This document shows, one piece after another, positions 34,604 to 48,400 of a stretch of 64,000 bases of DNA. Position numbers and translations under genes: made by a program. Position 1 is the stretch's first letter. The number at the start of each line of letters is the position of its first letter. This stretch comes from Monocercomonoides exilis PA203. Its lineage: Eukaryota > Protista > Preaxostyla. The stretch spans positions 682,001 to 746,000 of the forward strand of contig LSRY02000013.1 of NCBI GenBank assembly GCA_001643675.2, given 5' to 3'. The notes below the pieces were generated by a model that saw only the letters and a list, made by a program, of their open reading frames with translations, had not been told where the DNA came from and did no database searches.

Positions 34604-34969
34604 TAGTTGGGTGCAAAACCCGCACTTGTGCAAAAACCCGCACACTTAACATTTTCTTTCGAAATACTCTTCCACTTTTATATATGTAAAAGCGTTTGGC
34701 ATTTTGATGCCACCTGTACCTTTTTTTTGTCCAATATTAAGTATTTCGAATGAAAAATCAAAAACAAAAATATTTGATCAAAAGATCAAAAAAGATCAAA
34801 ATTTTTAGTTTTTGATTTTTCATTCGAAATACTAAAAATTGGACAAAAAAAAGTCACCGGTTGCATTAAAATGCTAAACGCTATCAAATATATGAAAGTG
34901 GATGAGTATTTCGATAGAAAATGTCAAGTGTGCGGGTTTTTGCACAAGTGCGTGTTTTGCACCCAACTA
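34604..34969. mobile_element. Fold-back MITE (366 bp) at the palindrome centre
   Basis: TA|TAGTTGGGTGCAAAACCCGCAC...GTGCGTGTTTTGCACCCAACTA|TA. ~176-bp arms with ~19 mismatches and a 14-nt loop (34780-34793). Doubled GTGCAAAA(A)CCCGCAC subterminal repeat shares CAAAACCCG with the pogo TIR at 51685. Confidence 0.75.
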
Positions 34970-37900
34970 TAAATAATATTAAATAAATAAAAAATTAATT
35001 GAAGAAATCCTCTATTTCACATCAGAAAACATTTGAATGATGTTTTCTCGTTTTTGGCAGATGGCTTCTCTGCAACAGCCTCATCTGCTTCAACGGGTTT
35101 GGATTCGTGGTAATCCAAACCCAGCCGTACCATCTCTGTGAATGCCTCATCCACATTCTCTCCTGTTTCTGCTGACGCCTCATAATACCCACAAAATCCC
35201 TCTTTTTTGCACCAGTCTTCCACCTCGAATCGGTTGACAGCCCGATGCTCCCTCTGATCACTTCCATTTCCAATAACGATAAGCGGACAATCACTCGAAG
35301 CATTCGCCATTAAGTTGTCTATCTTTTTTTTCATCTCTTTCAAGCAATCAAAAGAATCACGCGACGACAGTCTGAAGACAAGTGCGCAAGCATCTGACAC
35401 TCGAAAATAAACTCTCGGAATCAAAGTCAGATGATTGAAAGGAACATCAATAAAATACACCTGAACATTTTTATCATCAGCAGAAACATTTTTTGATTTG
35501 AAATCAATACCGATTCCAGTTCTAGAATTGTGTAGGTGTCCATCAACGTATCTTTGAATCAGTGAAGTGACGCCTACTCCATACATACCGATTACGTTTA
35601 GCCACATCCTCACTTCCTCTTCTGTCTCACTCATCAAAAAGAAATATTTTTATTATATTTTGATCTTTTTTTTCATTTTTTGAATCTTTTCACTTATTAA
35701 CTTTGAAAGAATGTCAATATAATTGTTCTATAAAAATAAAAATTAATTGTGAAAATATTCTTTTTCAAAAGTCAAATTTTAATATTCATCTTTTGAAAAT
35801 TCAATGACTTTTTACATGATTTTTATTAGAAATAAATTAATTTTTCATTCTCTAGAATGTTTTCATTTTGCATCAAAGCCTACAGATAATAAATTGATTT
35901 GCTGTAATATTTGCATTTTAATAATAAATATGCACACTTTGTTTTAAGGATTTGGAAGCGAAATGATCAACGAATAATTATTTCTTCAAAATCAAAAATT
36001 GAGAACAAAAAACGTGCATTTGCTCTTAGGCGGCACAAAAACGGATGAACATGCTAAGCTGCTGGATTTGATAGAAATTAAGCGTTGAGCAAAGTCTGCA
36101 ATTTGTGGGGAGAGCGTGTCATTTGGAAGATGATTTTTGTTTTCCTATCAATTTGTGTGTGCCGGACTGTGGTTGTTTGGCGATGAGCGACCGTTGCAAG
36201 AAGCCACTGAGCAAAAGCTATTTTCATGTCAGATGATAATGTTCTTTTATTTTTTCCCCCTCATTTTTGTGGAGATTCTTTTCGATGACTCAAAAAACGA
36301 GGGAATGGCTGGTGCCAGCACAGAAAGACACTGCTCGCAATAAAGCAATAAAGTTTATCTCAAGGCATGCAATCTTTTGGAACTGTCCGATATCGAGCAT
36401 GAAATGCCTTTTTGTTGTTTTATTTTTTTCCCCAAAAATGGAAAAAGAGTCCCTCCTTTGCTTCTGCTTGAGGATCTGAACATAAAAATATTGAATGCAT
36501 TGCAGGTGCTAGGAAAAAAAGAGGTTTGGAATTTTTATGAATGGAAAGGATGCTTTTGTTGAAAAGACCAGCTCTTTTCTTTTTTAGAATTTTTTTGTTG
36601 AGAAATTCCATAAGAGCCATATTGGCAGAAAAATCGTTTGGGAAATGGCCAACTGAAGAGGATCCAGTTCAGTTTGCTTTTATTGGCACTTTTCCTTTTA
36701 ATTTTTTTTTCCCTCCAAAATGTGCAGGCGCCATGTCACATTTTGTGGAAAGCAAAAATGCGAGGGATGTTTGCCTGCGAAAAGCAAAGAAAATGGCTGA
36801 ATGAACAAGAACTGAAATTGACATTGATCATCTGATGCGCTTGCCGACAAATGATTTTGCGTGCTTCGGTATTTGTATCGTTGCTATACCTTAAAGACAG
36901 ATTCTGGAAGGAAAAGGATATGGGGAAAAAGAAAAACAGCTCATTTTTTGGCGGGCATGCATCCAACTAGCAGGTACGTGTGTTGATTGGAGGGCGCGGA
37001 GCTGTAGTGATAACAGATTCTTCAAACTGGAAACAAGGGATGATGCAAATGGAAGCAGAGAAGCGATGTTCAGATCAAGTTGGAGCGTTCAAGAAATGGC
37101 CAGCAAATGTTCCATTGGTTCACAATTACATTTTTTTTTATTTCATTTTCCCCCTGGAGCATCGCAAGTTAATTGAAAGCTGAAGCTTGAGTGCCTAATT
37201 TTTGTTTGTGTCATTGGCAGCGAAAGCGCGTTTCTATTTCAAAAGGGAAGAGATATTTATGCTTCGGCTGAAAGTGCCTTGTTGATGATCAATGACGAAA
37301 CTCAAAAAGGATGACAAAGTGGAAGGGGATACTCTGTGAATCTGTGCCATGTTAATAGAGGTGGGAATTTTTCATTGGGGAATGCAGTTATTTTGGGATG
37401 GAATGGGAATGCAAGATGCTGGGTGCAATCGCTGCAAGAATGCACAAGATGACTCAGCTTCTTGCCTTATGTCTTGAATCGTTTGAAAGAAGGAGGCAAT
37501 GAGCTCTCAATAAAAAAAATAAATTCCAGAGTGTTTCTCTCTTCGTTTTGATGGAACTTATTTGAAGCCTCTCATTTCCTTGAGTGCCATTTCCTTTCAC
37601 ATCGTTTGCTGTTATTTTTATCTCAACGATTTTTATATTGACATATTTCATGTTTTGAATGAATAAAAAAAAGTCATCTTGGCATGACTCTAGAAATTTG
37701 GCCAAGGCTGAGAAAGGTGCATTCTGGGTTTTTGCGCAGGTGAAAGTGGAATTACATTTTTGATTTTGATTTCTTGGCTGAGTCAAAGCAAGGATGCTGG
37801 GATTTATTTTTCAGGGATCATTCATTTCAGAGAAGAAGGCAATTCACAGAGGAAGATCAAAGGATTTCAGAAATCATTTGGCTCGATGTCTTTCCATTTT

Positions 37901-39435
37901 GAAGTGGATTTACAAGCAATAAAACGAAAGTGGTTGTGAAAAATCACTTTCGAGCGAAGTGAAAAAACAACACAGAAAAACGCAAACATCAGACTCTGGC
38001 TGGCAAATGCCAAGCCCTGTTTGGAGGCAACAGAAACAAAAGAAAAGAAAAGAAAAGAAAAGAAAGCCTTCAGAGGCCATGGGCAGCGCTTATTTCATTC
38101 TTTCTTGTAATTATTCGCCAAAAGCAAAAAAGAAAAAAGAGAGAGATTAAGAGATGAATACGAGGGGTGTGAACGATGGCGATGCTTGTGATGGAATGAG
38201 AAAAGCAAACACTAATAGCTGCAGCAGCTGTTTCTGCTGATGGCAGATTGCTGGTTTGTGAAGAGTGCGTCAGTCATTGTGGGGAGCTTGGCCGACTCGG
38301 GGAACTTCTGAAAGAACTCTCTCGAAATGGAGACGAGCGAAGGCCGGTTGGAAGGCTGAAAGGAGAGGCATTCGCTGACGACCAAAGAGAATGTGCTTGC
38401 AGTATTTCCGCACATGCTCAAAGCCTCTCCTTTTGCAATCTTGTCTCCAGCAATCACAGCCTCATGCTCCCCGAACGGGATCTGGAGCGTCAGGCACTCC
38501 CACAGCATCATCCCGATCGAGAACACCACCGACTTCTTTGTTGCCCCCATGTTCTTGTTGATCAGCAGCTCTGGTGCCTTCCACCTCAAACACTCTTTTT
38601 TGAAGCTATCTTCATCCTCAAAGGCGGATGAGGGAAGGGAGTCACTTTCATCATCATCATCATCACTTGCAGACGTGATAACAGTTGATGATGAGATCGA
38701 TGATGAATCAGAGTTATCTGATAAAAGGTCTGAATGCATGACAATGCAGATGACCATGTGTTCGGAGAACAGCACAATATGTGGACTCAGATTGGCAAGT
38801 GACTGAAGCTTGTTTTCCATCTCATCAAAGGAGTGGAGTGCTAGATTAGCTACCCAGAACAAGATTTGGGCAGCTGTCATCTCCCTTTCTTTCACACTCC
38901 CAATCGCCATCTCTTTCTTCTCGTTCCTTCCATGAAGCAACATGAACAGTGAATCCCTCAAGTCCACAATCAGCTTCTCGTGAGGTGATGAGCATGCGAT
39001 TGCATCCACCAGATTCGACATCGATGATGTGGTTGGGCACAGATCTTCCCTCCGAACAAAAGTGGACTCTGTGTCTGATGTGTCTGTGGATGAAGTGGAT
39101 GAAATGGATGGTGAAGGAGATCTCTTTCTTTTCTCTTCCTCATCATCAACCTTCTCCAGCATCCATTCAGGGATCTTGTCTGAATCTTTTCCCAGGATGT
39201 ATTCAGTCGATCCACTCTCAGCCAGCAAATGCTCAGATGACTCTGAATGCTGAAGGCTTTTCGCATATACTCTTTTCTTCATCCTCTCCTCATTCTTCTT
39301 CTCAGCCTCCCTCTCAGCTCTCCTCCACTGCTCTTCTGGCGACATCTCCATTGTTACCATCTCGAATGCCTTCGGATCCTTTCTGATGTTATCGTTCACA
39401 ATCTCTCTCAGATCTTCTGCTTCATTCTTTGCCTT
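34970..39435 (-). repeat. Right arm (4466 bp) of 9.3-kb palindrome
   Basis: Reverse complement of 30138-34603. Confidence 0.97.
35017..35634 (-). CDS. Divergent Rab-family small GTPase; copy 2, identical protein
   Basis: Translation identical to 33939-34556. Confidence 0.85.
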   Translation of the reverse strand: MSETEEEVRMWLNVIGMYGVGVTSLIQRYVDGHLHNSRTGIGIDFKSKNVSADDKNVQVYFIDVPFNHLTLIPRVYFRVSDACALVFRLSSRDSFDCLKEMKKKIDNLMANASSDCPLIVIGNGSDQREHRAVNRFEVEDWCKKEGFCGYYEASAETGENVDEAFTEMVRLGLDYHESKPVEADEAVAEKPSAKNEKTSFKCFLM

Positions 39436-42400
39436 CTTCCAGCGAACAATGAATATTACTGCAATAATTAAAATGAGGAGAAGAACAATAGCCATAATGA
39501 TCACAATCAATGCCCATGATGATTTCCCTTCTTTTCCTCTTTCAGCAATCCTTTCATCTCCGCTTGTCTGAGACTCACTCTTGTTCTTCAGAATGAATGA
39601 ATCAGTTGATGATGGAGCATCCATTTTTCCAAACAATATTGAAACAGTCACCTCTGCTTTCTCTTCAGCGTCACGAATTGATTTTGAAGGAATCATCCCC
39701 CAAGCTTCATCCTCTGAGACAAACCCTCCAGATTTGAACTCGTATTGCTCCACCAACGCCTCAGAACGAATGGCTGTTACAACTCGAAACGACAAGTTGC
39801 AAGGCAGAAGAAGTTGCCCTTTGAATATCACTTTCAATTCTGTTCCTTTTTCTTCCATCTTCACATTTTCCAAAAAGGGAACAAACAGAGGAGATTTTCT
39901 TTCTTGAGCCATCCCGCTCAGTGTGCATCCTTCGTTCAAGAGCCACAGCGATCCGTTCTTTTCCTGCCCGTCTCCTCCTTTCAGGCTCACAACATTGACA
40001 GTTCCGCTTCCTCCACACGCAATGTTCCTTCTTGCTGAAGGGTATTTCTCGATCCCCGGATCATTTAGCATGAATTCGCATTTCTCGATGAGCAAGTGTC
40101 CGCCCGTTGCAGTTACACCTCCTTTTGGAAAGTTCTTGATTGTGGTTTCCTTCATGGTTGCATTGCTGTTGGCAAACGAAACAGCTGAGGTTGTCCATTG
40201 GCAAATGCCTGCTTCTCTGCCGTTTTCACTTTTTCCTGAATGAATCAAGTCACCTCGAAGCACGTTCCAATATAACGTCACATTGCTGCATTCCGCAAAA
40301 GTCATCACGCTTCCTGCCTCAGACTTCGACGAGGCATTGGAATAAGAGCAATTCGCCAAATAAATCCCTCCCTTGAATGATAAACAAGCAATGACTCCTT
40401 CCTCCTGCTGTGCAGATGAAACATTGTCAAATGACACATCTTTGAGTTCAACACTTCTTTCGCCTCCGCTCTTTGGCTGCTCAGAAAATGATTGCTCCCC
40501 TTCAATCAAAATGAAAGTGCCTTTGTTCAGAACAACATGATCCACTTTCATTTCAGAGAGAAGCACACAGCCATCCAAATGAGCGACTCGGATAGACGCT
40601 TCAGCAGAAAAGTGCATGTGAGATATTTTTATCTGAGAAGCTGTGACTTGCCCATCCTCGATTGAGATGAGTGTTAGTCCGATTGCCTGAGCGCTGATTT
40701 CTTCCTGTGATTGGGCAAAGCTGCATACAAGCAACGACAGGCTTCCAGAACCTGCTGTGAGCAAAATGTGGTGTGCTGAAGAAAAGTCTGAGCCAAAGAA
40801 AAACTCAATCTTCGAGACAGAAACGCTTCCTGCAGTTGATATAATGCTGGCTCTTGTGTGAGGAATATCGGGGAATATGGTGAGTTTCGAGGGATCTTCC
40901 TTTCGAGATGCGATTGAAAGATCTTCGAGATCCATCTCCTTTTCGACAAACGACTCGCCATCCACCAGAAGTCTGCTTTCCACATCGTTTGTCAAATGGC
41001 TGAGTGCATAGCCGATTGTCAGGCACGGGAGCTTCAGTGTTCCGCACTGCCTGTCGTTCTTCCCGTTGCTGGAGGGAGCGGATGACAGGATGATGGTGTC
41101 TGCCTGGTGGATTGTGATGAAGTCCATCAGATTTGTGTCGCACTGGTAGTTTGTGAAGTCGATGCCGTAGATAGCATTCAACCGCGTGTATGCAGTTTCT
41201 CGCAAGTCAAAGCAGAACTGTGTCTCGTTGATCTGATTCTCGATGTCAACACACTCCACAAACACATCATTCCCCACTTTTGCGCTGTTTCCTTTGAATG
41301 TCATCTTCTCAAACAGGAATGAGAGGGCGCCTCCAAAACTGGTGCAGATGAAAAGCCCTCCTCCTTTTCCGTTGTTGTTGCTGCATCCGCACTGAATCAC
41401 TGACGACTTGCTCATCGACAGCGCTCCTCCACTCTGAAGCTCCTCAAAGGCTCCTCCGCCTCTTTCAGAGCCAACTGCCTTGCACGAATCGAAAGTGCAT
41501 CCGCTGATTGATATCGCCGAGGCGCAGCCAGATGAGCTGATGATTGCAGGCCCGTTGCCATTCCGAGTGATCAGCTGGAATGTGGAGTCTTTGATGGAAA
41601 CAGAGCAGTCAGCAGCATTCTCCTTTTGATATGAGCGAGAAACTATTTTCACAAAACTTTCGCCAGAGAATGTGCATCCCGAAGCCACAAGATGCTGCAT
41701 CGCACAATCGCATCCGTTGCTGATCGCAAACACCCCCATCTCCGACATCACATTCTCAACTGACAGATTCGAAACATTCAGCACTCCACCTTCCATCAGC
41801 AAAAAGCCAACCTTCGCTGGAGCATCTCCACGAGTCTCAGTGGAAAACGAGCAATCGCTCATCTCAATCAGCCCACTTTTCCCAACGATGGAAAACAGCT
41901 GTTCGTTGCAAAACCCTTCCGACAGTGCAACCGCAATCCTGTTGAGCTTCAATATTCCCTCATTGTTTATAACAGGGTCAGTTCCACTTTCTGTCTTGTT
42001 TGCAAATATCAGCTTCCCTAGACTTTGCTCTTCTGTTTCGTCATGCTCAATAACATGGTTGGAGAGCACGAACGAGTCCTGCACAATTGTCTCATCTGCT
42101 ATTTTTATCCACTTCTGAGGAGCGCCTTCGTCCATCTGCCTCATCCCTTTCCACATGCTCCTGCACGGATCCTCTTCGTTTCCGCATCTCATAATATCGT
42201 ATCCACCAGAGCTCACAAATATTGTTTGGCTTGTGTATGTCTCCAAGAAACGGAGCAGGGTGGTGTCTTCCCAGACCAAATCTCTTCCACAAAACAGCAG
42301 CACGTCTTCTCTGCTTTTCCTGAAGTCAAAGCAGAGTGTTGAGAGTGTCACACTTTTGTTCAGATTGCCTGCCGAGATGAACATGTTTTTCCCTATCTGC

Positions 42401-45400
42401 GCCTTGTGACCAGCAAATGAAACATCTTCTCCAAAAACAAAAGGATTTTCCGTTGAGGAACCTTTGGATTCAACAAATATAAACCCTCCTCTCCCATGTT
42501 CTTCAGAGCAACCACAGCCAACCGTTTCTGTCTGGCTCATCGAAAATGTTGCTTCATTCAACAGCTCCACGCAAACAGCACCTCCCTTCTGACTCGACTT
42601 TGCAGATATCGACGAAAAATTGCATCCGATTATTTCACACGAAGAATTCAGTTGGACAGGCGTTGACGAGAAAGACAGCGAAGAGAAATCACAATTCAGC
42701 AACTGAACGTCACCTGCTTCAGAATGAATGAGGCAGAACTCCAAGTCTGATGCGCTGTTTCTGTTGAAGGTGCATCCATTGAGCGAAAGGCAAGAATCGG
42801 CTGATTCAGAGTGGAGAAGAATATTTTCGTTGTTTGTGAAAGAAGAAGGAAGCGAAAACTGAATCATTTCCAACTTCAATTCTTTCGAGTTCTGAATAAT
42901 AGATTTTTTCTCTTCGCTTGCTTCCATGGCATTCTCGAACAGCACCACACACCTCTCATCTGCCCTGTTGGACATCACTCTGAGCGATGAGAGATCGTAA
43001 TGATTTTTGATATTTCCCCTTGAATCAATCCGTATCACTCGATCATGTGCTTCCAAATCGATGTTTTCATATCCTCTCCAAAATGTCTGGCAAGGGAACT
43101 CTGCACTTCCACATCCCAAAATGTCCATTCCACCCCTTGAAACAAGAATCGAACTCTCCTTCCTTTGGATCAAGAACAAGAGAAGATCAACAGCTGATCC
43201 TTTCAGCAAAACATTATCTGTGCCTTTCAAATCAACAATGTTTTCGTTTTTCTCGTTCTGCAGCTGAAACGCAAACCTTTGTCTCACAGCAGATGCATTC
43301 ACATCTGTGCTCAAAACAAACATGTCATTCCCTTCGAAGGCGCAATTGTCTGCAAATGTTATTTCTGTCAGTTTGATGTTCAGCAGGGGATTCTCTGAAA
43401 TGTCCAAATACAGCCCGCCTCCTCTTCCGTGATTCGCGTTTGCAGAACACGAGCTGATGCTTGTCCCGTTGATCTGAACATCGCTTTCTCCCTCAACAGA
43501 AATAAGCCCACATCCGCCGTTCCCTCCTTCGTTCGTGCAGTCTGTCATGCTCGTCCCATTCTTCCAGTTCAGGATCTTCACTTTCTTCAGCACAGCAAAC
43601 CCACCATTCCCAAATGAGCAGTTTGTGCTTCTCAATTCATTCAGCAAAACCTCTGTTCCGCCTTCTCCAACAAGCATTCCAATTCCGCTTGATCGGATGT
43701 TGCTCACTTCCATACTGTCAAAAGTGCAACCAGCTTCTCCGCTCAAAAAGATTCCGCAATCAGCATTGAACTTCATGTTCTTTACGATCACTCCATCGAA
43801 TGAGATCTTTCCTCCCCTTCCTGTTATTATCCGCATGTTTGTCTCTACAGATGCTTCTGGATCAGCACTTCCAAATGAACACCCCACAAAATATGTTGTG
43901 CCCACGCAAACTTCTACCAGTTCAGTGAAATCTGATGTTTGAGGCAGCTCAAATCCAATCTTCGAAAATGTCAGTGTTGTGAGTGCAGTGCCAACAGCCA
44001 TCTTCAAGTGCCCCTCTTTTGTCACAATTAGCTGGCTCCCGTCATCTCCTTTCCCTTCAATCGTCATCGGATCGTTATCTCTCTCTATTGCTCCCCTCAA
44101 TTCGCAAGAAGAAATAATCTGCAGAATGCGCTTGTCCTCGGTCATTTTCCCAGAAGCGAGCCAAAGCTCGTTGCAAGGATAATCGTCTGCGCCACAGCCG
44201 TCTGTGTGGCCATTGAGCGTGTTGACATAAATGATTTCGTCAGGTCTGGGAAACAGGTATTTCAGAAGCGTGTCTGTTCCGTCCGGAAATGTTGGATCAA
44301 TCACCCACATCGTTTTCTCCTCCTGGCCTTCTGTGGCTGATCCTGACCATTTATTTCTGTCAATCGTCATCCGCGGAGTGGGGCACACAAGATACACATC
44401 GTATCCCAGCATCGCATCGTTGCTCAGGAATTTGTTGTTTTTCATCGAGTATCCAACCTCGCTGCTCAAAAACTCGATGTGCATCCCTCCGCCCAGACCA
44501 TCCGCTTTCTTCACTTTGCTCTCTTCAACTGTGTTGTTGTTGAACTGCAGCTCCCCATTGGCAGACACACTTGTGATGATGCTTCCACCTTTCGAGCCAC
44601 TCGCCAAGCAGCTGATTGCTGTGAATGAACAAAAATTCACACTCAAACTCTTTCCGGCTCCAACTCTCCCCGTAACCACCACTCCCTTTCCTTCGTTCCT
44701 CGTCAAAAGACTGAAGTTGCTCTTTTCAACTGTTGCACTCGACAATTCTTCAACGAATAAGACCCCGTGGTTCCCAAACTGTGCTGGGCCAGACACATTC
44801 GAGTTTTTCATTTCCACATGGCTGCAGGACTTGGCAGCAATCAGCCCTTCGACTGATCCTGTTTTCAGGTTGTTCCACTCCACATCTTCAAGGGTGCATC
44901 GGCTGGTCTCCCCGCTCAATTCAACCACTGGTGCTCCCAGCAGTTCTATTTCGTTCAACACCCCCCTCAGAATATGGAGGGCACCACCTTTCACAATCAC
45001 ATATCCAAAGTCAATCTTCTTCGATTGTGTGTTCACCGAACAATCAATCAGAGAAAGAGCAGAGCCAGTGCAGAGAAACAGGCATTTTCTATTAACTTCC
45101 GTGAATGCTGCAGAAACATTGAATGTTATTCCGCTGAAGTTCACAACATTTCTCGTTTCGACAAGTCCTTCTCCTTCTCCTGATCCATCAGGCAGAATAT
45201 TTATCAGTGTTCCGTTTGCCTCTGCTTCAATGTCCATCACTTGCGAACTCAAAACAATTGGATTCACAAAGCAGAAATGATCTTTGAGTGTCAAATGTGC
45301 CTTTGAATTCCCAAATCTGATCAAGCAGCCATACTGAAGTGTTTCACATGGATAATCAGAAAAACCACATCCTGTGTAATCAAAGCCGTTTTCTTCTGCT

Positions 45401-48400
45401 CTGCCAATGAAGCAAGGCTCCTCAAATGCTCGGAAATACAGAACAATTGGAATGTGGAATTCTTTATTTGTTGTGCTTCTCTCAAATCCCATCATATCTT
45501 CATCCAAGATAGTCTCTGTTTTGAAGCACTGCAACCAATTGCTGACAATCTGGCTCAGATCTTCTCCATCAACAAACAGCTGCTTTCCTTTCCAAGCATT
45601 GCAGCCACTGAATGAGATATCATCGAATGTGAGGCTTCTGAAGCTTTCGTGCAAACAAAGATACATCGCACCTCCCAATCCATTTCCCACTGATTCGCGA
45701 TCTTCTGAAGGCACTATGCAGTTCTCAAAAGATATGCTTTTCACGCAAAGTGTATTTCCGCTCCCAACATTCGCCATGATTCCTCCGCCTCGAATTCCAT
45801 TCCCCTCATCACATGAACCAGTGAAGTTGCATCTTTGGATTGTGATGCTTTTCCCATCGCCATTTGCCTCATTGAGATAAAAGCATCCACCGTCTCCATT
45901 TATCCTCCTCATTCCAGTCAAGCTGCTGTTCTCAATCTCTATTGAATTGTAATTGTCTGCAAAGATCGGCGAAGTTGTGAAAGTTGTTGCCTTTTCCATT
46001 TTGAATCCACTGATCAGAAGATCCCCGCTTTCAACAAAGATCACATTGAAGGAAACAGGATCATTTGCATTTTCTGAAGAGAATTCCACACAACAGTTGG
46101 AGATGGAAAGCGACGATGAAGAGAAAAGAAAGGATTTTCTTTCAGCTGCAAACGACCTTTGCACATTCAGTGACAGATTTGAAAGTGAAAGAGAAGAAGA
46201 GCACACCACAAATCCATCCTGTGTGGCTCTGCCTGTGTCTCTGACTGAAACAGGCACAAGTGTTTCAGAATAGACATTCACTGATGTTGAAGAGATCGCT
46301 ATTTCATGTTGAATTGTTGAACTTGAAACGACCTTGATGCTGTTTAACGAGCTGTTTATTCGATTTTCAATGCAGTAATCTATTGAGAAGCAGCCAAAAG
46401 AGGGAAACCCGCAGTGTGTGTGATCAGCTCCATTGTTGCTGTCAGTGATAATTTGTGATTGAAGAATACAAAGATACACATGCAGAGGAATGACTGGAGA
46501 AGCACTTCCATTTTCACTCCCGCTCAGAAGCAATGCGTCTGTTGGCAGTTTCGTTGAATCAAAAAATCCAATTGAAGACGAATTGATCATTTGGGAAAGC
46601 AAAATCCCACTCTCGCACCAGACAAACACATCCTTTCCATATTCAGCATTGTTCTGCATTTCCTTTGAAAATACAACTTCATTCCATATTTCAAAAGAAG
46701 AAGATGCCACATCACAGCGAATGCACATTCCGCCTCCTTTTCCACCAGATCCTTCTTCGCTTGGTGCACAACATTCCTGAAAGCAAGTTGAGCCATTCAC
46801 AATTAGAACATCATTCTCTCCCAGCCAGGCACACACTCCTCCTCCTTCTCCCCCTTCCTCACAAACACAGCAATCACTGAAACAGCATCCATCGATTGCA
46901 ATCTCCCTGTTTCTGTTGCTTGCCAACAAATTGTTCTTCGCAACCGAAATGCACACTCCATTTCCAGACATCCTCTTGATGCTGCTCATGTTGCATTCAT
47001 CACAGCTCAACCCTCCAGATCCATCCAATGTGATCAACGAAGCAGAACAAAATATCACTTGTGAAGCTGTGGAAAACCGGTTCAAAAGCAGGCTCCCGCT
47101 ACTTATCTTTATGAATCCAAAACCAAATTCTGTGTTTCCAGTTGATGCACATTTCAGCGAGCAATCAGTCATCGCAAGCTCCTCAGACTGGCACAGCAGA
47201 AAATAAGAATGCTGTCCAAGCAGTGAGGATGCTGAAAAACTCAGATTCGAAAGGGAGGTTGCAATCTCAACAGCGACCATTCCTTCAGACGCATTTGTTC
47301 CTTCGCTCAACACTTTTATTTCTCTGCCTCTTGTGGGACTTTTCACCTCCCATGCATTGACATTAAATGTCAGGGATTCAGTCCATTCAAAGTTCTGGTT
47401 CAATGTGATGTATCTTTTGCCATTGGAAAAGCGAAGTGCAGCAGCATATCCAATGCTTCCACAGGGATAGTTGGCTGTGCCACAACCAGAGAAATCTCTG
47501 TTTTTTGATCCCCCGACAAGGGCTGTTCCAGAGAATGTCTGAAGATATGCAAGAAGTGGAACAGGGTCTTCCCTGCACTGCTCTTCAAAGCCCATCAGAT
47601 CATCGTCGCTCATCCCTGATAGTGAAAAGTTCAATGAGATCCTTGTTATTGAAGAGCTCAACGAAATTGCATCAACAAACAAGCTGTCTCCCATCCAAGC
47701 TTTGCATCCGCCAAACATCACATCGCGTATTGCAAAGTTTGATGAGAGTCCGGCCAACTTCAAATGCATTCCGCCTCCTTTCCCTTTGTTGATGATATCT
47801 TGTGGCACTGTGCATTCCTCCAATTCAATTCTTTTTGTGGAGCCGATTGTCACTTTCCCACCAGCATCAATGATGCAATTGATAGATCCACCATTCCCTT
47901 TGTTGCACATGCACCTTTCGAATTTCAGCTCATCCAAATTCAGTTCGTCTCCAGAAGTCAAAGTCACATCAAAAACTGATCCGCTTCCTTCATTTCTCGT
48001 GATGTGTCTGAAAGTGGTATTCTGAAAAGTGAAGCAATGCAGCGTCGATGACTCAATGCGGAGAGCAGACACATCGGAAAACATCATGGACTCGACAGTT
48101 GTTTTTGACATGTTCAAATGGCCAGTGGAAATAGATGCAAATGCTGTTGTAAATGGGGTTATTTGAGACGACTCGGCAGATATTTTGCATGAGACAATCA
48201 CAAGCTCTCCAGAAGCGGAGGAAATGGAGAATAATGGCAGAGATGCAGATGCAGAAGAGTTCCTGATGATGGCCAATCCTGTCAGGAAAGCATATCCCGA
48301 TGATATTTGGAAAAGAGCGTTGCTGCTTGAAGAACTGGCACTTAACTTTGTTCCAAAATTGGTTGAGCCCTCAAACGAAAGATACTTTGAGTCAACCAAA

